Virus record (IMG/VR): IMGVR_UViG_3300032248_000400
Span: 9,599-73,598 of that record
DNA length: 64,000 nucleotides
DNA from: a virus
Lineage: Duplodnaviria > Caudoviricetes
Reading direction: 5' to 3' (one strand)
This document shows positions 1 to 10,347 of the stretch, piece after piece. The position numbers and the translations under genes were made by a program. The notes beneath the pieces are model-generated. The model was not told the origin of the DNA. It did no database searches and saw nothing but the letters and a program-made list of their open reading frames with translations. The number at the start of each line of letters is the position of its first letter. Within the stretch, counting starts at the first letter, position 1.

Positions 1-1
1 A

Positions 2-370
2 CAGCAACCAGGTTATCCACACTTTTCATTTAGAAACAAAGGAAATGAGTTGAACTATTATGATGAAGAAATTCAATGTACATCACCGCACTTATTAGAT
101 TCATTACATTGGTTAGACCCTTCTGTTGAATTTCCAGATAAGATACAATATTATGGTACTCACTTTCATACAACATCAAGATGGGGGAATTGGACTAATA
201 ATCCAACTATGTACGATAAAGATTTTTATTTACAAACCGTTAGACAATTTGCCGGGGATGGAATAGCATTGGAAGGTAATATATCCAAATGGTGGGCACA
301 GCAAGAATTTGGAGTTGCACATGGTGAAGGATTGTTTAAACATAACGATTATGTAAAATACGGAAAATGA
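2..370 (+). CDS. 5'-truncated CDS, probably a glycosyltransferase-like protein of the glycan cluster
   Basis: Frame is open from position 2 (QQPGYPHFSFRNKGNELNYY...), so the TTG start at 50 is probably internal. Stop overlaps the next ATG. Confidence 0.55.
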   Translation, partial: QQPGYPHFSFRNKGNELNYYDEEIQCTSPHLLDSLHWLDPSVEFPDKIQYYGTHFHTTSRWGNWTNNPTMYDKDFYLQTVRQFAGDGIALEGNISKWWAQQEFGVAHGEGLFKHNDYVKYGK

Positions 371-1731
371 CAAAATTAATTATATTTGATTTAGATGGTG
401 TACTAGTTTCGGCAAAACAAATACACTTTGATACTCTTAATAGAGCCTTATATGAAATAGACCCATATTACATTATATCCGAAGCTGAACATCTTTCAAT
501 ATATGATGGATTAAAGACAACTCAAAAATTAGAACTGCTTACTAAGAATAAAGGATTAGATTCAAAATTTTATGATATTATTTGGAAAACAAAACAAGAT
601 TTGACGATTAGTGCTATTTCACAATTACAACCTGATTTAGAAAAAATTGAATTGTTTAAAGAATTAAGAGATAGAGGATATAAACTAGCATGCGCTTCAA
701 ACTCAATTAGAAGGTCTGTATTAGTTATGTTAGCAAAGATAGGTATAATTGAGTATATGGATTTAATCCTCTCTAATGAGGATGTAAAGAACTCTAAACC
801 ACATCCTGAAATGTATTGGAAGGCAATGAGTATGATGGGATGTTTACCAGAGGAAACTCTTATTGTAGAAGATTCACCACATGGACTTTTAGCCGCAAGT
901 AGAAGTAGAGCAAATATTTTGAGAGTAGATTCTCCAAAAGATTTGGTAATATCAAAAATTATTAGTAAATTAGATGAAACACAAAACACTATGAATATAC
1001 CAAAATGGCAAGGAGGCAAGATGAACATTCTTATTCCAATGGCAGGAGCAGGAAGCCGATTCGCAACAGCGGGTTACACATTTCCTAAACCACTAATTGA
1101 TGTAAAAGGAAAACCAATGATACAAGTTGTAGTTGATAATCTTAATATAGAAGCAACATACATTTATGTCGTTCAAAAAGAACACAGAGCAAAATATAAT
1201 TTGGATACTTTGTTAAACTTAATTACTCCTAATTGTAAAATTGTGGAAATTGAAGGAATCACAGAGGGTGCAGCATGTACTACATTATTAGCAAAAGAAT
1301 TTATTGATTCGGATACTCCATTACTTATGGCAAACTCCGACCAATTTGTAGAATGGGATAGTAATGAGTTTATGTATAAGATGATTGAACAAAAAGTAGA
1401 TGGTGGCATTTTAACATTCATTGGAACACATCCAAAGTATTCATTTGCAAAAGTAGATGAGTATGGATATGTTACTGAAGTCGCAGAGAAGAATCCAATT
1501 TCAGATATTGCAACTGTTGGAATTTATTATTGGTTAAAAGGTTCGGATTATGTAAAATATGCAGAACAAATGATTGATAATAATACTAAAACCAACAATG
1601 AATTTTATGTATGTCCTGTTTATAATGAAGCCATTAATGCTGGTAAAAAAATTAAAATATTCAATATAGATAAAATGTGGTCATTAGGTACACCCGAAGA
1701 TTTAAATTATTATTTAGAAAATTATAAATAA
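367..1731 (+). CDS. HAD-family phosphatase fused to a sugar-phosphate nucleotidyltransferase
   Basis: N-terminal FDLDGVL, KPHPE and VEDS HAD motifs. C-terminal LIPMAGAGSRF...PKPLI NTP-transferase signature. Confidence 0.9.
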   Translation: MTKLIIFDLDGVLVSAKQIHFDTLNRALYEIDPYYIISEAEHLSIYDGLKTTQKLELLTKNKGLDSKFYDIIWKTKQDLTISAISQLQPDLEKIELFKELRDRGYKLACASNSIRRSVLVMLAKIGIIEYMDLILSNEDVKNSKPHPEMYWKAMSMMGCLPEETLIVEDSPHGLLAASRSRANILRVDSPKDLVISKIISKLDETQNTMNIPKWQGGKMNILIPMAGAGSRFATAGYTFPKPLIDVKGKPMIQVVVDNLNIEATYIYVVQKEHRAKYNLDTLLNLITPNCKIVEIEGITEGAACTTLLAKEFIDSDTPLLMANSDQFVEWDSNEFMYKMIEQKVDGGILTFIGTHPKYSFAKVDEYGYVTEVAEKNPISDIATVGIYYWLKGSDYVKYAEQMIDNNTKTNNEFYVCPVYNEAINAGKKIKIFNIDKMWSLGTPEDLNYYLENYK

Positions 1732-2348
1732 TGAAAATTGGCCTAAATATAGTTGGTATAACACATGATGATGGTAGACATACTAATTGGCAAAAATCAA
1801 ATATAAAAGATAATATAATAAATATTCTTAATAAAAAATATGAAGTTAAAACATATTTGACCACATATTTTTCAGATAAAAATACAAAAAAAATAATAAA
1901 GCATTATTCTCCAATTAATGTTAATATATTAGATTGGGAAAATAGTCACCAACTATTGACATATATTGAATCTCTAAAATCATTATTAAATGAAGATTTG
2001 GATATAATAATTTCAACTAGATTTGATATATTTTTTAATCAAACATTTGATGAATTAAATATTGATTTTTCTAAATTTAATTTCTTATGTAAAGAATTAG
2101 ACCATTGGACTGATTATAAATTTACAAATGATAATTTTTACATTTTCCCTAAACAATATTTAGAAGAAGTTATTAACTCAATAGACGAAATGTATCAAAT
2201 CCCACCTAGAAAACATTGTTCAGATATGCATGGGCTGTATAATTTTATTTCATCTAAAATAAATCCAAATAATATTCATTTTATTTCTGAAGACCATATG
2301 TACTCCACAGAAAATAAATTTTATACTTTAACTAGATTTTTATCATAA
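1731..2348 (+). CDS. Glycosyltransferase-like protein (paralog family with 4780, 7064, 8910)
   Basis: MKIGLNIVG start, IISTRFDI motif and NDNF motif shared with the paralogs. Confidence 0.55.
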   Translation: MKIGLNIVGITHDDGRHTNWQKSNIKDNIINILNKKYEVKTYLTTYFSDKNTKKIIKHYSPINVNILDWENSHQLLTYIESLKSLLNEDLDIIISTRFDIFFNQTFDELNIDFSKFNFLCKELDHWTDYKFTNDNFYIFPKQYLEEVINSIDEMYQIPPRKHCSDMHGLYNFISSKINPNNIHFISEDHMYSTENKFYTLTRFLS

Positions 2349-2370
2349 TCAAAAAACAAATTAAAATAAA

Positions 2371-2402
2371 TTTGGAAAAGTTAAAAATTTTTATTAACTT
2401 GT
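2371..2402 (+). promoter_or_regulatory. Bacteroidota-type sigma70 promoter (imperfect -7 box)
   Basis: TTTG 2371-2374, 20-nt spacer, TAACTTG at 2395; intergenic upstream of 2444. Confidence 0.5.
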
Positions 2403-2443
2403 ATAATATTAAATCTAATAAGATTAATTAAAAAATAACCATA

Positions 2444-2893
2444 ATGATATTAATATCACATAGAGGTAATACCAACGGAAAGTTTGAATCATACGAAAAC
2501 GAACCAGCATATATTGACAAAGCAATATTGGAAGGATTTGATGTTGAAATAGATGTGTGGATGGTTGAAGGTCAATTATTTTTAGGACATGATATTCCAC
2601 AATATGGTGTTTCACAACATTGGTTTAGCAAAAGATTACAACATTTATGGATACATTGTAAAAATATAGAAGCAGTGGAATGGTTTAATATGCTTAATAG
2701 TTATCATTATTTTTGGCATGAAGGAGACACATTAACACTTACATCGATGAATGTTATTTGGGCATATCCTGGTAAACAACCAATCAAAGGAAGTATTGCA
2801 GTAATGCCTGAAATTCATAATGATGATTTGGAGAGTTGTATGGGAATTTGTTCGGATTATATAAACAATTATAAAATAAAAAATAATGAATAA
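2444..2893 (+). CDS. GDPD/PI-PLC-like phosphodiesterase-fold protein
   Basis: ISHRGN and DVEIDVW motifs. Confidence 0.75.
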   Translation: MILISHRGNTNGKFESYENEPAYIDKAILEGFDVEIDVWMVEGQLFLGHDIPQYGVSQHWFSKRLQHLWIHCKNIEAVEWFNMLNSYHYFWHEGDTLTLTSMNVIWAYPGKQPIKGSIAVMPEIHNDDLESCMGICSDYINNYKIKNNE

Positions 2894-3239
2894 ATACAAA
2901 AAAAATTATATCATATCTTCTCACAAATACTTTGAATTGTTTGGTAGTTATGATTTAAACGGATTAAAAGAAATCTATGATAGCAAAATCCATCTTATTG
3001 ATTGGAATGGTGAATGGTTAGGTTCAAAATCAGTATTAGAAATGAATGAGAATTTATTTAAAGCAACACCAATTATAACAGTTTTAGAAATAATTCAATC
3101 GGATAAAGAAATTAATGATATTCAAAGAACTTATTGTAAAATTCAAATTGAAATAAATGGTGTTACATTAAAAGTAATGGATGTTATTGATTGGAATGAT
3201 AATCATCAAATTATTAAAATAGAAGCATTTAACGGATAA
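2886..3239 (+). CDS. SnoaL/NTF2-like protein
   Basis: 117 aa, YFELF...DLNGLKEIY...DW pattern and VMDVIDW near the C-terminus. Confidence 0.55.
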   Translation: MNKYKKNYIISSHKYFELFGSYDLNGLKEIYDSKIHLIDWNGEWLGSKSVLEMNENLFKATPIITVLEIIQSDKEINDIQRTYCKIQIEINGVTLKVMDVIDWNDNHQIIKIEAFNG

Positions 3240-3248
3240 ACATAAAAT

Positions 3249-3590
3249 ATGGATATATTTAAAATAGAAGAAATGAAAGGAGGTTGGTTTGCAGGAAATT
3301 TTGAACCAACTGCATTTAAAACTGATAAGTTTGAAGCCGCAATTCATAGTTATAAAATGGGTGAAATAAAAGAAGCACATTTTCATAAAGAAGCAACGGA
3401 AGTTAATTATTTATTAGAAGGTAAATTTGTTCTTCAAAATTATGATGGAAATGGTTCATCAAAAGAATTAAATAAAGGTGATGTATTTATTATACATCCG
3501 TTTGAAATAGCAGACCCTTTGTTTTTAGAAGATTGTAAAATAATAGTTATAAAAACTCCATCAGTAATTGGAGACAAATACATAGTATAA
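3249..3590 (+). CDS. Cupin (RmlC-like) protein
   Basis: GWFAGNF start and HFHKEATEVNYLLEG cupin motif. Confidence 0.8.
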   Translation: MDIFKIEEMKGGWFAGNFEPTAFKTDKFEAAIHSYKMGEIKEAHFHKEATEVNYLLEGKFVLQNYDGNGSSKELNKGDVFIIHPFEIADPLFLEDCKIIVIKTPSVIGDKYIV

Positions 3591-4778
3591 ATGATAAACA
3601 TTTTTAGAAAAGAAGTAGATACAAATAAGTATTTTATTGTAACCTACGAATTAGCATCAGAAACAAATTTAAGAGATGCGGCATGGAATTTGGCAATAGG
3701 TCAAAGTGTAGGAAATCCAAATGTTAGAAACCAATGGGAAACTGATGAGTTGTTTGAAAATCATAGTTGTTTGGTATTGGCAAATGAAGATGAACTTAAA
3801 TCTACCAATAGTGGATTGGTTAACATTGCATTTCCAATTGCAAATATTGATTTTAAAACCGATGGTATTTCACATTTATTAGTGAATATTATGGGTGGAC
3901 AAATGGACATTGATAACATTACTAAATGTGCCGTTAAAGATATTTTCTTTCCACAACATATTGAAGATTTATTCTTAGGGCCTAAATTTGGTATCAAAGG
4001 AATTAGAGAATATACTAAAACATTTGATAAACCATTATTTGGTGCAATCGTAAAACCTAAAATTGGTATTAGTCCAGAAACATTGTTAGAAATGGTTAAA
4101 GAATTAGTAGAAGGTGGAGTAAATTTTATTAAAGAAGATGAGATTATGAGTAATCCGGCTTTTTGTACAATTGAAGAAAGGGTACCATTGATTGCAGAAT
4201 ACCTAAAAGATAAAAATGTAGTTTATTGTGTATCAATTCATTCAGATTATCCACACATTTTAGATAGAGTTAAAAGAGTATATGAATTGGGTGGTAATGG
4301 TGTTCATATCAATTTTTGGTGTGGATTGGGTGTTTATAAAGCAGTAAGAGAATTGGATTTACCTATCTTTATACACTTCCAAAAAAGTGGAGATAAAATT
4401 TTTACAAATAGAAACCATGCGTATTATATCGATTGGACTGTTGTATGTAAATTGGCAGGTATGATGGGAGTTGATTTTATTCATGCTGGTATGATTGGTG
4501 GATATTACAAATGGCCAGAAGATGAAGTTATTGATTCAATGAAAGTATTACATCAATATGGTGTAATGCCTGCATTAAGTTGTGGATTTCAACCTGGTCT
4601 TACTAAATGGGTAACCGATAGAGTTGGTATTGATTATATGGCAAATGTGGGTGGAGCTATACATGGTCATCCAATGGGAACATTATCTGGTGCAAAAGCA
4701 ATGAAACAAAGTATTGATGGGACATATGGTGATGAATATAATCATGCAATTGCAAAATGGGGATTAAAGACTAATTAA
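3591..4778 (+). CDS. RuBisCO-like protein (form IV RLP)
   Basis: IVKPKIG (K175/K177), NFIKEDE (K201/D203/E204), HAG (H327), SCG (S379/G381), GGAIHGHPMG. By manual alignment the loop-6 lysine (K334) position is Y and H294 appears to be Q. Confidence 0.92.
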   Translation: MINIFRKEVDTNKYFIVTYELASETNLRDAAWNLAIGQSVGNPNVRNQWETDELFENHSCLVLANEDELKSTNSGLVNIAFPIANIDFKTDGISHLLVNIMGGQMDIDNITKCAVKDIFFPQHIEDLFLGPKFGIKGIREYTKTFDKPLFGAIVKPKIGISPETLLEMVKELVEGGVNFIKEDEIMSNPAFCTIEERVPLIAEYLKDKNVVYCVSIHSDYPHILDRVKRVYELGGNGVHINFWCGLGVYKAVRELDLPIFIHFQKSGDKIFTNRNHAYYIDWTVVCKLAGMMGVDFIHAGMIGGYYKWPEDEVIDSMKVLHQYGVMPALSCGFQPGLTKWVTDRVGIDYMANVGGAIHGHPMGTLSGAKAMKQSIDGTYGDEYNHAIAKWGLKTN

Positions 4779-4779
4779 T

Positions 4780-5460
4780 ATGAAAGTTGCATTATTATTA
4801 ACCGGATTACCTAGAAAAGTTGAAGAAGGTTATATTCATTATTGGAAACATATTGTAGAAAACTATAATACAGATGTTTACTTACAATATTGGGAAGATG
4901 AAGAATATGAAAAAGTTTTGCAAGTGTATAAACCTGTAAAATACATTCAGGAAAAACCATTTAAATTTACAAAATACAAAGAAGGAATTAATTCTTTTTT
5001 TGCAGATGGTGTTAGACCGGATGATATGTCCAGACCATTACCACAATACGATGTAGCTGGAAATTTTAGAGGATTTCCTATGTTTTATAGTTGGCAAATT
5101 GGATATAATTTAATAGAAGGTGAATATGATTGTATTATAAGAAGTAGATACGATTTGGGTACACAAAATCCAATTAAATTAGAAAATTTAGATTTATCAA
5201 AAATAAACATTTCAAATTGGCATTGGGGTGGTTCGGAAATAATGGATGATAATATTTGTATAACAAACCAAACATTATCAGATATATTATTTAAAGATGT
5301 ATTTGATGAATTTATAAATTATTCAAAACAAACAGGTAAAATATTTTTTCAAGAAAAGAATTTTACTGAAATTTTAAATAGAAAAAATTTAAATAACTAT
5401 ATTTGTAAAACAAACGAATTGCCATTCACCTTATTAAGAGAGATGGGATTATGGTATTAA
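4780..5460 (+). CDS. Glycosyltransferase-like protein
   Basis: MKVALLLTGLPR start, PMFYS and YDCIIRSRYDL motifs typical of phage glycan clusters. Confidence 0.55.
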   Translation: MKVALLLTGLPRKVEEGYIHYWKHIVENYNTDVYLQYWEDEEYEKVLQVYKPVKYIQEKPFKFTKYKEGINSFFADGVRPDDMSRPLPQYDVAGNFRGFPMFYSWQIGYNLIEGEYDCIIRSRYDLGTQNPIKLENLDLSKINISNWHWGGSEIMDDNICITNQTLSDILFKDVFDEFINYSKQTGKIFFQEKNFTEILNRKNLNNYICKTNELPFTLLREMGLWY

Positions 5461-5470
5461 AACAAAAAAT

Positions 5471-6661
5471 ATGAAAAAAATAAACACACCAATTCAATTA
5501 TTTAAAGTGCATATGAATCCAAATGCAAAAATTGAAGTTGGTAAAATATTAGACAGTGGTTATATAGGACAAGGGCCTAAAGTAGATGAATTTGAAGTAA
5601 AATTAAATGAATACTTTAATTCGGATAGAGTTGTAACGCTTAATTCAGGTACATCTGGATTACATCTTGCATTACATCTATTAAAGAAATCATCGAATCC
5701 AGTAACGGCCGATGGTTATTCGGTTCATGAAAGAAATTGGCCAGGTATTCAAAGTGGTGATGAAATACTTGCAACTGCATTAACTTGTACCGCATCCAAC
5801 TGGCCTATACTTGCAAACGGATTAAAAATTAAATGGGTAGATATTGATGAGAAAACTCTTAATATGGACTTAGATGATTTAGAAAGAAAAATTTCACCAA
5901 ACACAAAAGCAATTATTGCAGTACATTGGGGAGGGTATCCATTGGATTTAGATAGATTGAAAAAAATACAAGATAAATCATTTGAGTTATATGGATTTAG
6001 ACCTGCAATCATAGAAGATGGGGCACACTCATTTGGTTCCGAATATAAAGGAAAAAAATTGGGTAATCACGGAAATATGGTTATGTATTCTTTACAGGCA
6101 ATCAAACACATTACTGCAATTGATGGTGGATTATTAATATTACCACATCAGGATTTATACAATAGAGCAAAGTTAATTCGTTGGTATGGTATTGACAGAG
6201 GTGGTAATAGAAAAGATTTTCGTTGTGAAGCGGATATTGTAGAGTGGGGATTTAAGTTCCATATGAATGATGTATGTGCAACGGTTGGTATGGAGAATTT
6301 AAAAGACGCTGAAACCATTATTGGAAAACATAGAGCAAACGCTAAATTTTATGATGAGAATTTAAAAGGTGTTAATGGTGTAACTCTATTAGAAAGAAAC
6401 CCAAACCATAATTCTGCATTTTGGATTTATAGTTTATTGGTTGAAAATAGAGATGGATTCTATAAACATATGAAAGATTGTGGAATTGTAGTATCACAGG
6501 TTCACGAAAGAAATGATAAACATACGGCAGTAAAAGAGTTTAGAAGTCCATTACCTACATTGGATAGAGTATTACCAAAAGTAGTTTCAATACCAGTAGG
6601 TTGGTGGATAACCGAAGAAGAAAGACAATACATCGTTGATTGTATTAAAAAAGGTTGGTAA
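5471..6661 (+). CDS. DegT/DnrJ/EryC1/StrS-family PLP sugar aminotransferase
   Basis: NSGTSGLHLAL, VHWGG, IIEDGAHSFG, SLQAIKHIT (PLP lysine). Confidence 0.93.
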   Translation: MKKINTPIQLFKVHMNPNAKIEVGKILDSGYIGQGPKVDEFEVKLNEYFNSDRVVTLNSGTSGLHLALHLLKKSSNPVTADGYSVHERNWPGIQSGDEILATALTCTASNWPILANGLKIKWVDIDEKTLNMDLDDLERKISPNTKAIIAVHWGGYPLDLDRLKKIQDKSFELYGFRPAIIEDGAHSFGSEYKGKKLGNHGNMVMYSLQAIKHITAIDGGLLILPHQDLYNRAKLIRWYGIDRGGNRKDFRCEADIVEWGFKFHMNDVCATVGMENLKDAETIIGKHRANAKFYDENLKGVNGVTLLERNPNHNSAFWIYSLLVENRDGFYKHMKDCGIVVSQVHERNDKHTAVKEFRSPLPTLDRVLPKVVSIPVGWWITEEERQYIVDCIKKGW

Positions 6662-7080
6662 TGAATTTAAGACAATTATCCATATCAGATTTATCATTTT
6701 TGTTAGAAGTCAGGAACGATGAAACAACAAGAGTAAATTTAGAAAACGATTCGGTATTTACATTAGCACAATGTGAAGAATGGTTTTTAATTAGGGAACC
6801 AAAGTGGTATATAATTGAAATTGATGGTAGTAGGGTTGGGTATATCAGAACAAATGGTGTTGAAGTTGGTATAGATATTCATCCAAATTATAGAAGAAAT
6901 GGATATGCAAGAGAAGCATATAAACTTTATTTAAAAGATAAACAATATGCATCTCTTTGGGTATTTGTTGATAATTTTGCCAAAACACTTTATACTCGAT
7001 TGGGATTTATAGAAAACGGAAATAAAAAAATAATTAGAGATAGAGAATACATACAAATGATTTATGAAAATAGGAATTAA
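6661..7080 (+). CDS. GNAT N-acetyltransferase (PseH-like)
   Basis: IHPNYRRNGYA acetyl-CoA motif; follows the aminotransferase. Confidence 0.8.
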   Translation: MNLRQLSISDLSFLLEVRNDETTRVNLENDSVFTLAQCEEWFLIREPKWYIIEIDGSRVGYIRTNGVEVGIDIHPNYRRNGYAREAYKLYLKDKQYASLWVFVDNFAKTLYTRLGFIENGNKKIIRDREYIQMIYENRN

Positions 7081-7777
7081 TTTAGTCGGCATATCTTATA
7101 ACGATGGTATAAATGGTGGTAGATATAGAAATTATCAGGATGCCATAGATGGATTTATGTTGAATATTGTCAATCCTTTAAAAAAAGAAGGCCACGAAAT
7201 AATATTTTACATTTATAGTTACGATAATATCAAAAAAAATGATATTTTAGAAGCATATCAACCTGTTAAAAAATATCATTTTACAGAACCATCAAATATA
7301 ACAATGGCCGGCCGAGATAAGTTACCAAATGGATTTAAAATGGTATCTTCAATGTATATTGGTAGTTTAATTGAACTTAAAGATGAAAATTTAGATTTAG
7401 TAATATCAACTCGTTTTGATATTAATTTTTTGAAAAATCCATTTAAAAAATATAATTATGATTTTACCAAATTTAATTTTTTATGGAGAGAACCTTACTT
7501 AACTCATATACCACTTATAACAGATGTATTTGTAGTATTTCCATATTCAATGTTAGATAATGTAATTGAATCTATTAAAGAACTGGAATTTAATCCAAAA
7601 GATGATATAAATATTTCAATGCACAATTGGTATGCACCTATGGTAAATCAAGTTGGAAAAGAAAATGTTCAATGGGTTTGTGATGAATTTCCTGATTCAA
7701 TTAGTAATGATGTATATAAATTAATGAGAAGTGAAGAGGGCCAGATTATTTACAATGATGGCCAAAAAGCCAATTAA
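7064..7777 (+). CDS. Glycosyltransferase-like protein, close paralog of 8910..9584
   Basis: MKIGINLVG, LDLVISTRFDINF, FLWREP, VGKENVQWVCDEF. Confidence 0.55.
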   Translation: MKIGINLVGISYNDGINGGRYRNYQDAIDGFMLNIVNPLKKEGHEIIFYIYSYDNIKKNDILEAYQPVKKYHFTEPSNITMAGRDKLPNGFKMVSSMYIGSLIELKDENLDLVISTRFDINFLKNPFKKYNYDFTKFNFLWREPYLTHIPLITDVFVVFPYSMLDNVIESIKELEFNPKDDINISMHNWYAPMVNQVGKENVQWVCDEFPDSISNDVYKLMRSEEGQIIYNDGQKAN

Positions 7778-7790
7778 AAAAATAAACACT

Positions 7791-8900
7791 ATGGAAAATA
7801 ATAGAGAACATTGTGTTTTGTGTGGTTCTGAAATTGTAGACAAATATACAACTAAAATGCCTGTATTTATGGGCACTATTGAAAATATTTTTAATTATAA
7901 AACAAATTCTTATACAATATGTGAATGTGTTAAGTGTGGTGAAATTATGATTAAAGAACTATTAAATTTAAAAGATGTTTATTTAAATAATCATAATATT
8001 GATGTTGTTGGTAATCTATGGAGTAATCATTATAATCAGTTTTCAAATTTTATTTTAAATGATATTGAAGATAAAATAATATTGGAAATTGGCGACCCAT
8101 CTGCAAAAATTGCAAGTATATCTAAAAAATTTAAAAAATGGTATATTGTAGAGCCAAATTTTAACAAATCAAATACGGATAATATTATTTTTATAAATAA
8201 TTTTTTTGATAATTCATTTGATACTATAAAAGATGTTGATGTTATTATCCATTCACATTACTTTGAACATTCATATGACCCAAATCAATTTTTAAAAAAA
8301 TGTAATGAAAATTTAAAAAATGATGGAACTATGTTTATGAGTGTTCCAAATATGGAATATCTTTTAAATAATAAAAAACAAATAGCATCTATACTTCATT
8401 TTGAGCATACGTTTTATTTAAATGACGAAATTATTACTTATTTATTAAATAAAAATGGATTTTCAATTGAATTGAAAGAAAATTATGAAAATCATTCTAT
8501 TTTTTATAAAATTAAAAAAACAGACAAATCAATAAAAAATATAAAATTAAAAATTTCATCTAAATTTAATAATACTTGGAATAAAACATTAATTAATATT
8601 CAAAATATAAATAACATATTAAAAAATATCAATCATACAAATATTTACATTTATGGTGCACATGTAAATACACAATTTTATTTATATAATGGAATTGATA
8701 TTAATAAAATAAAAGGAATTATAGATAATTCAAAAAGCAAAAAAAATAAAATACTTTATGGAACTAATAAAATGGTTAATAGTCCAGATAGTATTGAAAA
8801 TATGGATGAATGTATTGTTATTTGTAGTCACACCGGTGTATATTATAATGAAATATCACAACAATTAAAAAGTATAAATAAAAAAATAAAAATAATATAA
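7791..8900 (+). CDS. SAM-dependent methyltransferase, NDP-hexose C-methyltransferase-like
   Basis: N-terminal CxxC...CxxC, ILEIG motif, HYFEH, HFEHTFY, C-terminal IYGA...IIDN Rossmann-like domain. ATG 7791 preferred over 7731. Confidence 0.75.
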   Translation: MENNREHCVLCGSEIVDKYTTKMPVFMGTIENIFNYKTNSYTICECVKCGEIMIKELLNLKDVYLNNHNIDVVGNLWSNHYNQFSNFILNDIEDKIILEIGDPSAKIASISKKFKKWYIVEPNFNKSNTDNIIFINNFFDNSFDTIKDVDVIIHSHYFEHSYDPNQFLKKCNENLKNDGTMFMSVPNMEYLLNNKKQIASILHFEHTFYLNDEIITYLLNKNGFSIELKENYENHSIFYKIKKTDKSIKNIKLKISSKFNNTWNKTLINIQNINNILKNINHTNIYIYGAHVNTQFYLYNGIDINKIKGIIDNSKSKKNKILYGTNKMVNSPDSIENMDECIVICSHTGVYYNEISQQLKSINKKIKII

Positions 8901-8909
8901 AAACAACTT

Positions 8910-9584
8910 ATGAAAATAGGAATCAATTTAAACGGAGTATCGTATCACGATGGTTCAAGTTATAGACGTAGAAATTACGCAGATTCAATTGAAGGATTTA
9001 CAAATAATGTAATTAATCCACTTAAAGAAGCCGGACATGAAATATCATATTATTTATTTACATATGAGTCAGAAAAAAAGGATGAAATATTAAAAGCATA
9101 TAATCCAGTAAAATCAACATTCATTGCAACTGAAAGTAATTATAATAATTTAACAAGTGGTGATAGACTTCCAAATGGTTATAGAATGATGACGTTAACA
9201 ACAATAAATTCATTAAACGAATTAGTAGAGGAAGATTTGGATTTAGTTATATCTACAAGATTTGATATTAATTTTTTTAAAAATCCATTTGAAGAATACA
9301 ATTATGATTTTAGCAAATGTAACTTTTTGTGGAGAGAACCCGAATTTACTGATTTACCAATAGTTAATGATACGTTTATTGTATTTCCACATCATATGAT
9401 TGTCAGTTTAATGGAATCACTTATGGAACAAGAGGAAAATCCACCATATGGTGTAAATCCAGGAAATCATAACATTTATTTACCAATGATTAATAAAGTT
9501 GGAAAAGAAAATGTTCAATGGGTTTGTGATGAATTTGTAAATGTTAATACTAATACTTTATATAAATTAATGAGAAATGAGTAA
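8910..9584 (+). CDS. Glycosyltransferase-like protein, close paralog of 7064..7777
   Basis: Same motifs, plus a ~40-bp identical DNA block. Confidence 0.55.
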   Translation: MKIGINLNGVSYHDGSSYRRRNYADSIEGFTNNVINPLKEAGHEISYYLFTYESEKKDEILKAYNPVKSTFIATESNYNNLTSGDRLPNGYRMMTLTTINSLNELVEEDLDLVISTRFDINFFKNPFEEYNYDFSKCNFLWREPEFTDLPIVNDTFIVFPHHMIVSLMESLMEQEENPPYGVNPGNHNIYLPMINKVGKENVQWVCDEFVNVNTNTLYKLMRNE

Positions 9585-10344
9585 ATTAATAAGTGGTTAT
9601 TTATGGGCGTGGACAAACTATGAAGCCGGTCAAAAATCGGTTGGTAGTTTAAAGAAATTTTATCCAGATGCGGATATTTTTATAAATGTAGATTATGATG
9701 GAGATGTAACAAATTATGAAAAAATTTGTGATAAAAATGGATATACATTTAGTAGAAATAATTTTCAATTAGGATATTGTGGAAACTTTGGAAGTATAAA
9801 TGTTGGTAGAGATTGCTGGTCAAAGGAATCTACTTTTGAATGGGTTAGGGGAATATATGAAGCATGTTTTAAAACTGATTCAAAATATATTATACTATTA
9901 GAAGAGGATGATTTTATATTAAAACCAATTTCACAATTGCAAGAAGATGTTTCAATATCAATTCATCCAACGGCACCATCACCAACAGGTAGAAATAGAC
10001 CAAATGCAATACCAAACGCATTTACATTATATATAAATGATAATGATGGAAATCCTCTTTCACCAGGATATGCAGCAGGCGGTGGATGTTTTTTTAATAG
10101 AGAAGAATTCATAAAAGCTTGGGAAAATAATAAAGAAAAACTTTGGAAAGATTATGATTATTTAAAAAGTATAGACAAAATTATTGGTTGGGCCGATTAT
10201 ATATTACAATTCATCATGCAATTGGAAGGATATGAAGTAGTTCAAAATCACAAATTGTGTGAACATTGGGAATTAGGAGATAAATGGAATGAATTTGAAA
10301 TCGTAACAGGAATGAAAGATGTTGAAATAATAAAAAATTTATAA
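9577..10344 (+). CDS. Glycosyltransferase-like protein (GT-A fold)
   Basis: YIILLEEDD DxD-like motif; cluster context. Confidence 0.55.
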   Translation: MSKLISGYLWAWTNYEAGQKSVGSLKKFYPDADIFINVDYDGDVTNYEKICDKNGYTFSRNNFQLGYCGNFGSINVGRDCWSKESTFEWVRGIYEACFKTDSKYIILLEEDDFILKPISQLQEDVSISIHPTAPSPTGRNRPNAIPNAFTLYINDNDGNPLSPGYAAGGGCFFNREEFIKAWENNKEKLWKDYDYLKSIDKIIGWADYILQFIMQLEGYEVVQNHKLCEHWELGDKWNEFEIVTGMKDVEIIKNL

Positions 10345-10347
10345 AAT

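Noticed and set aside
3591-4778. Phage-encoded carbon fixation
   Set aside because: The loop-6 lysine and the H294 equivalent are missing, and no small subunit or phosphoribulokinase is present.
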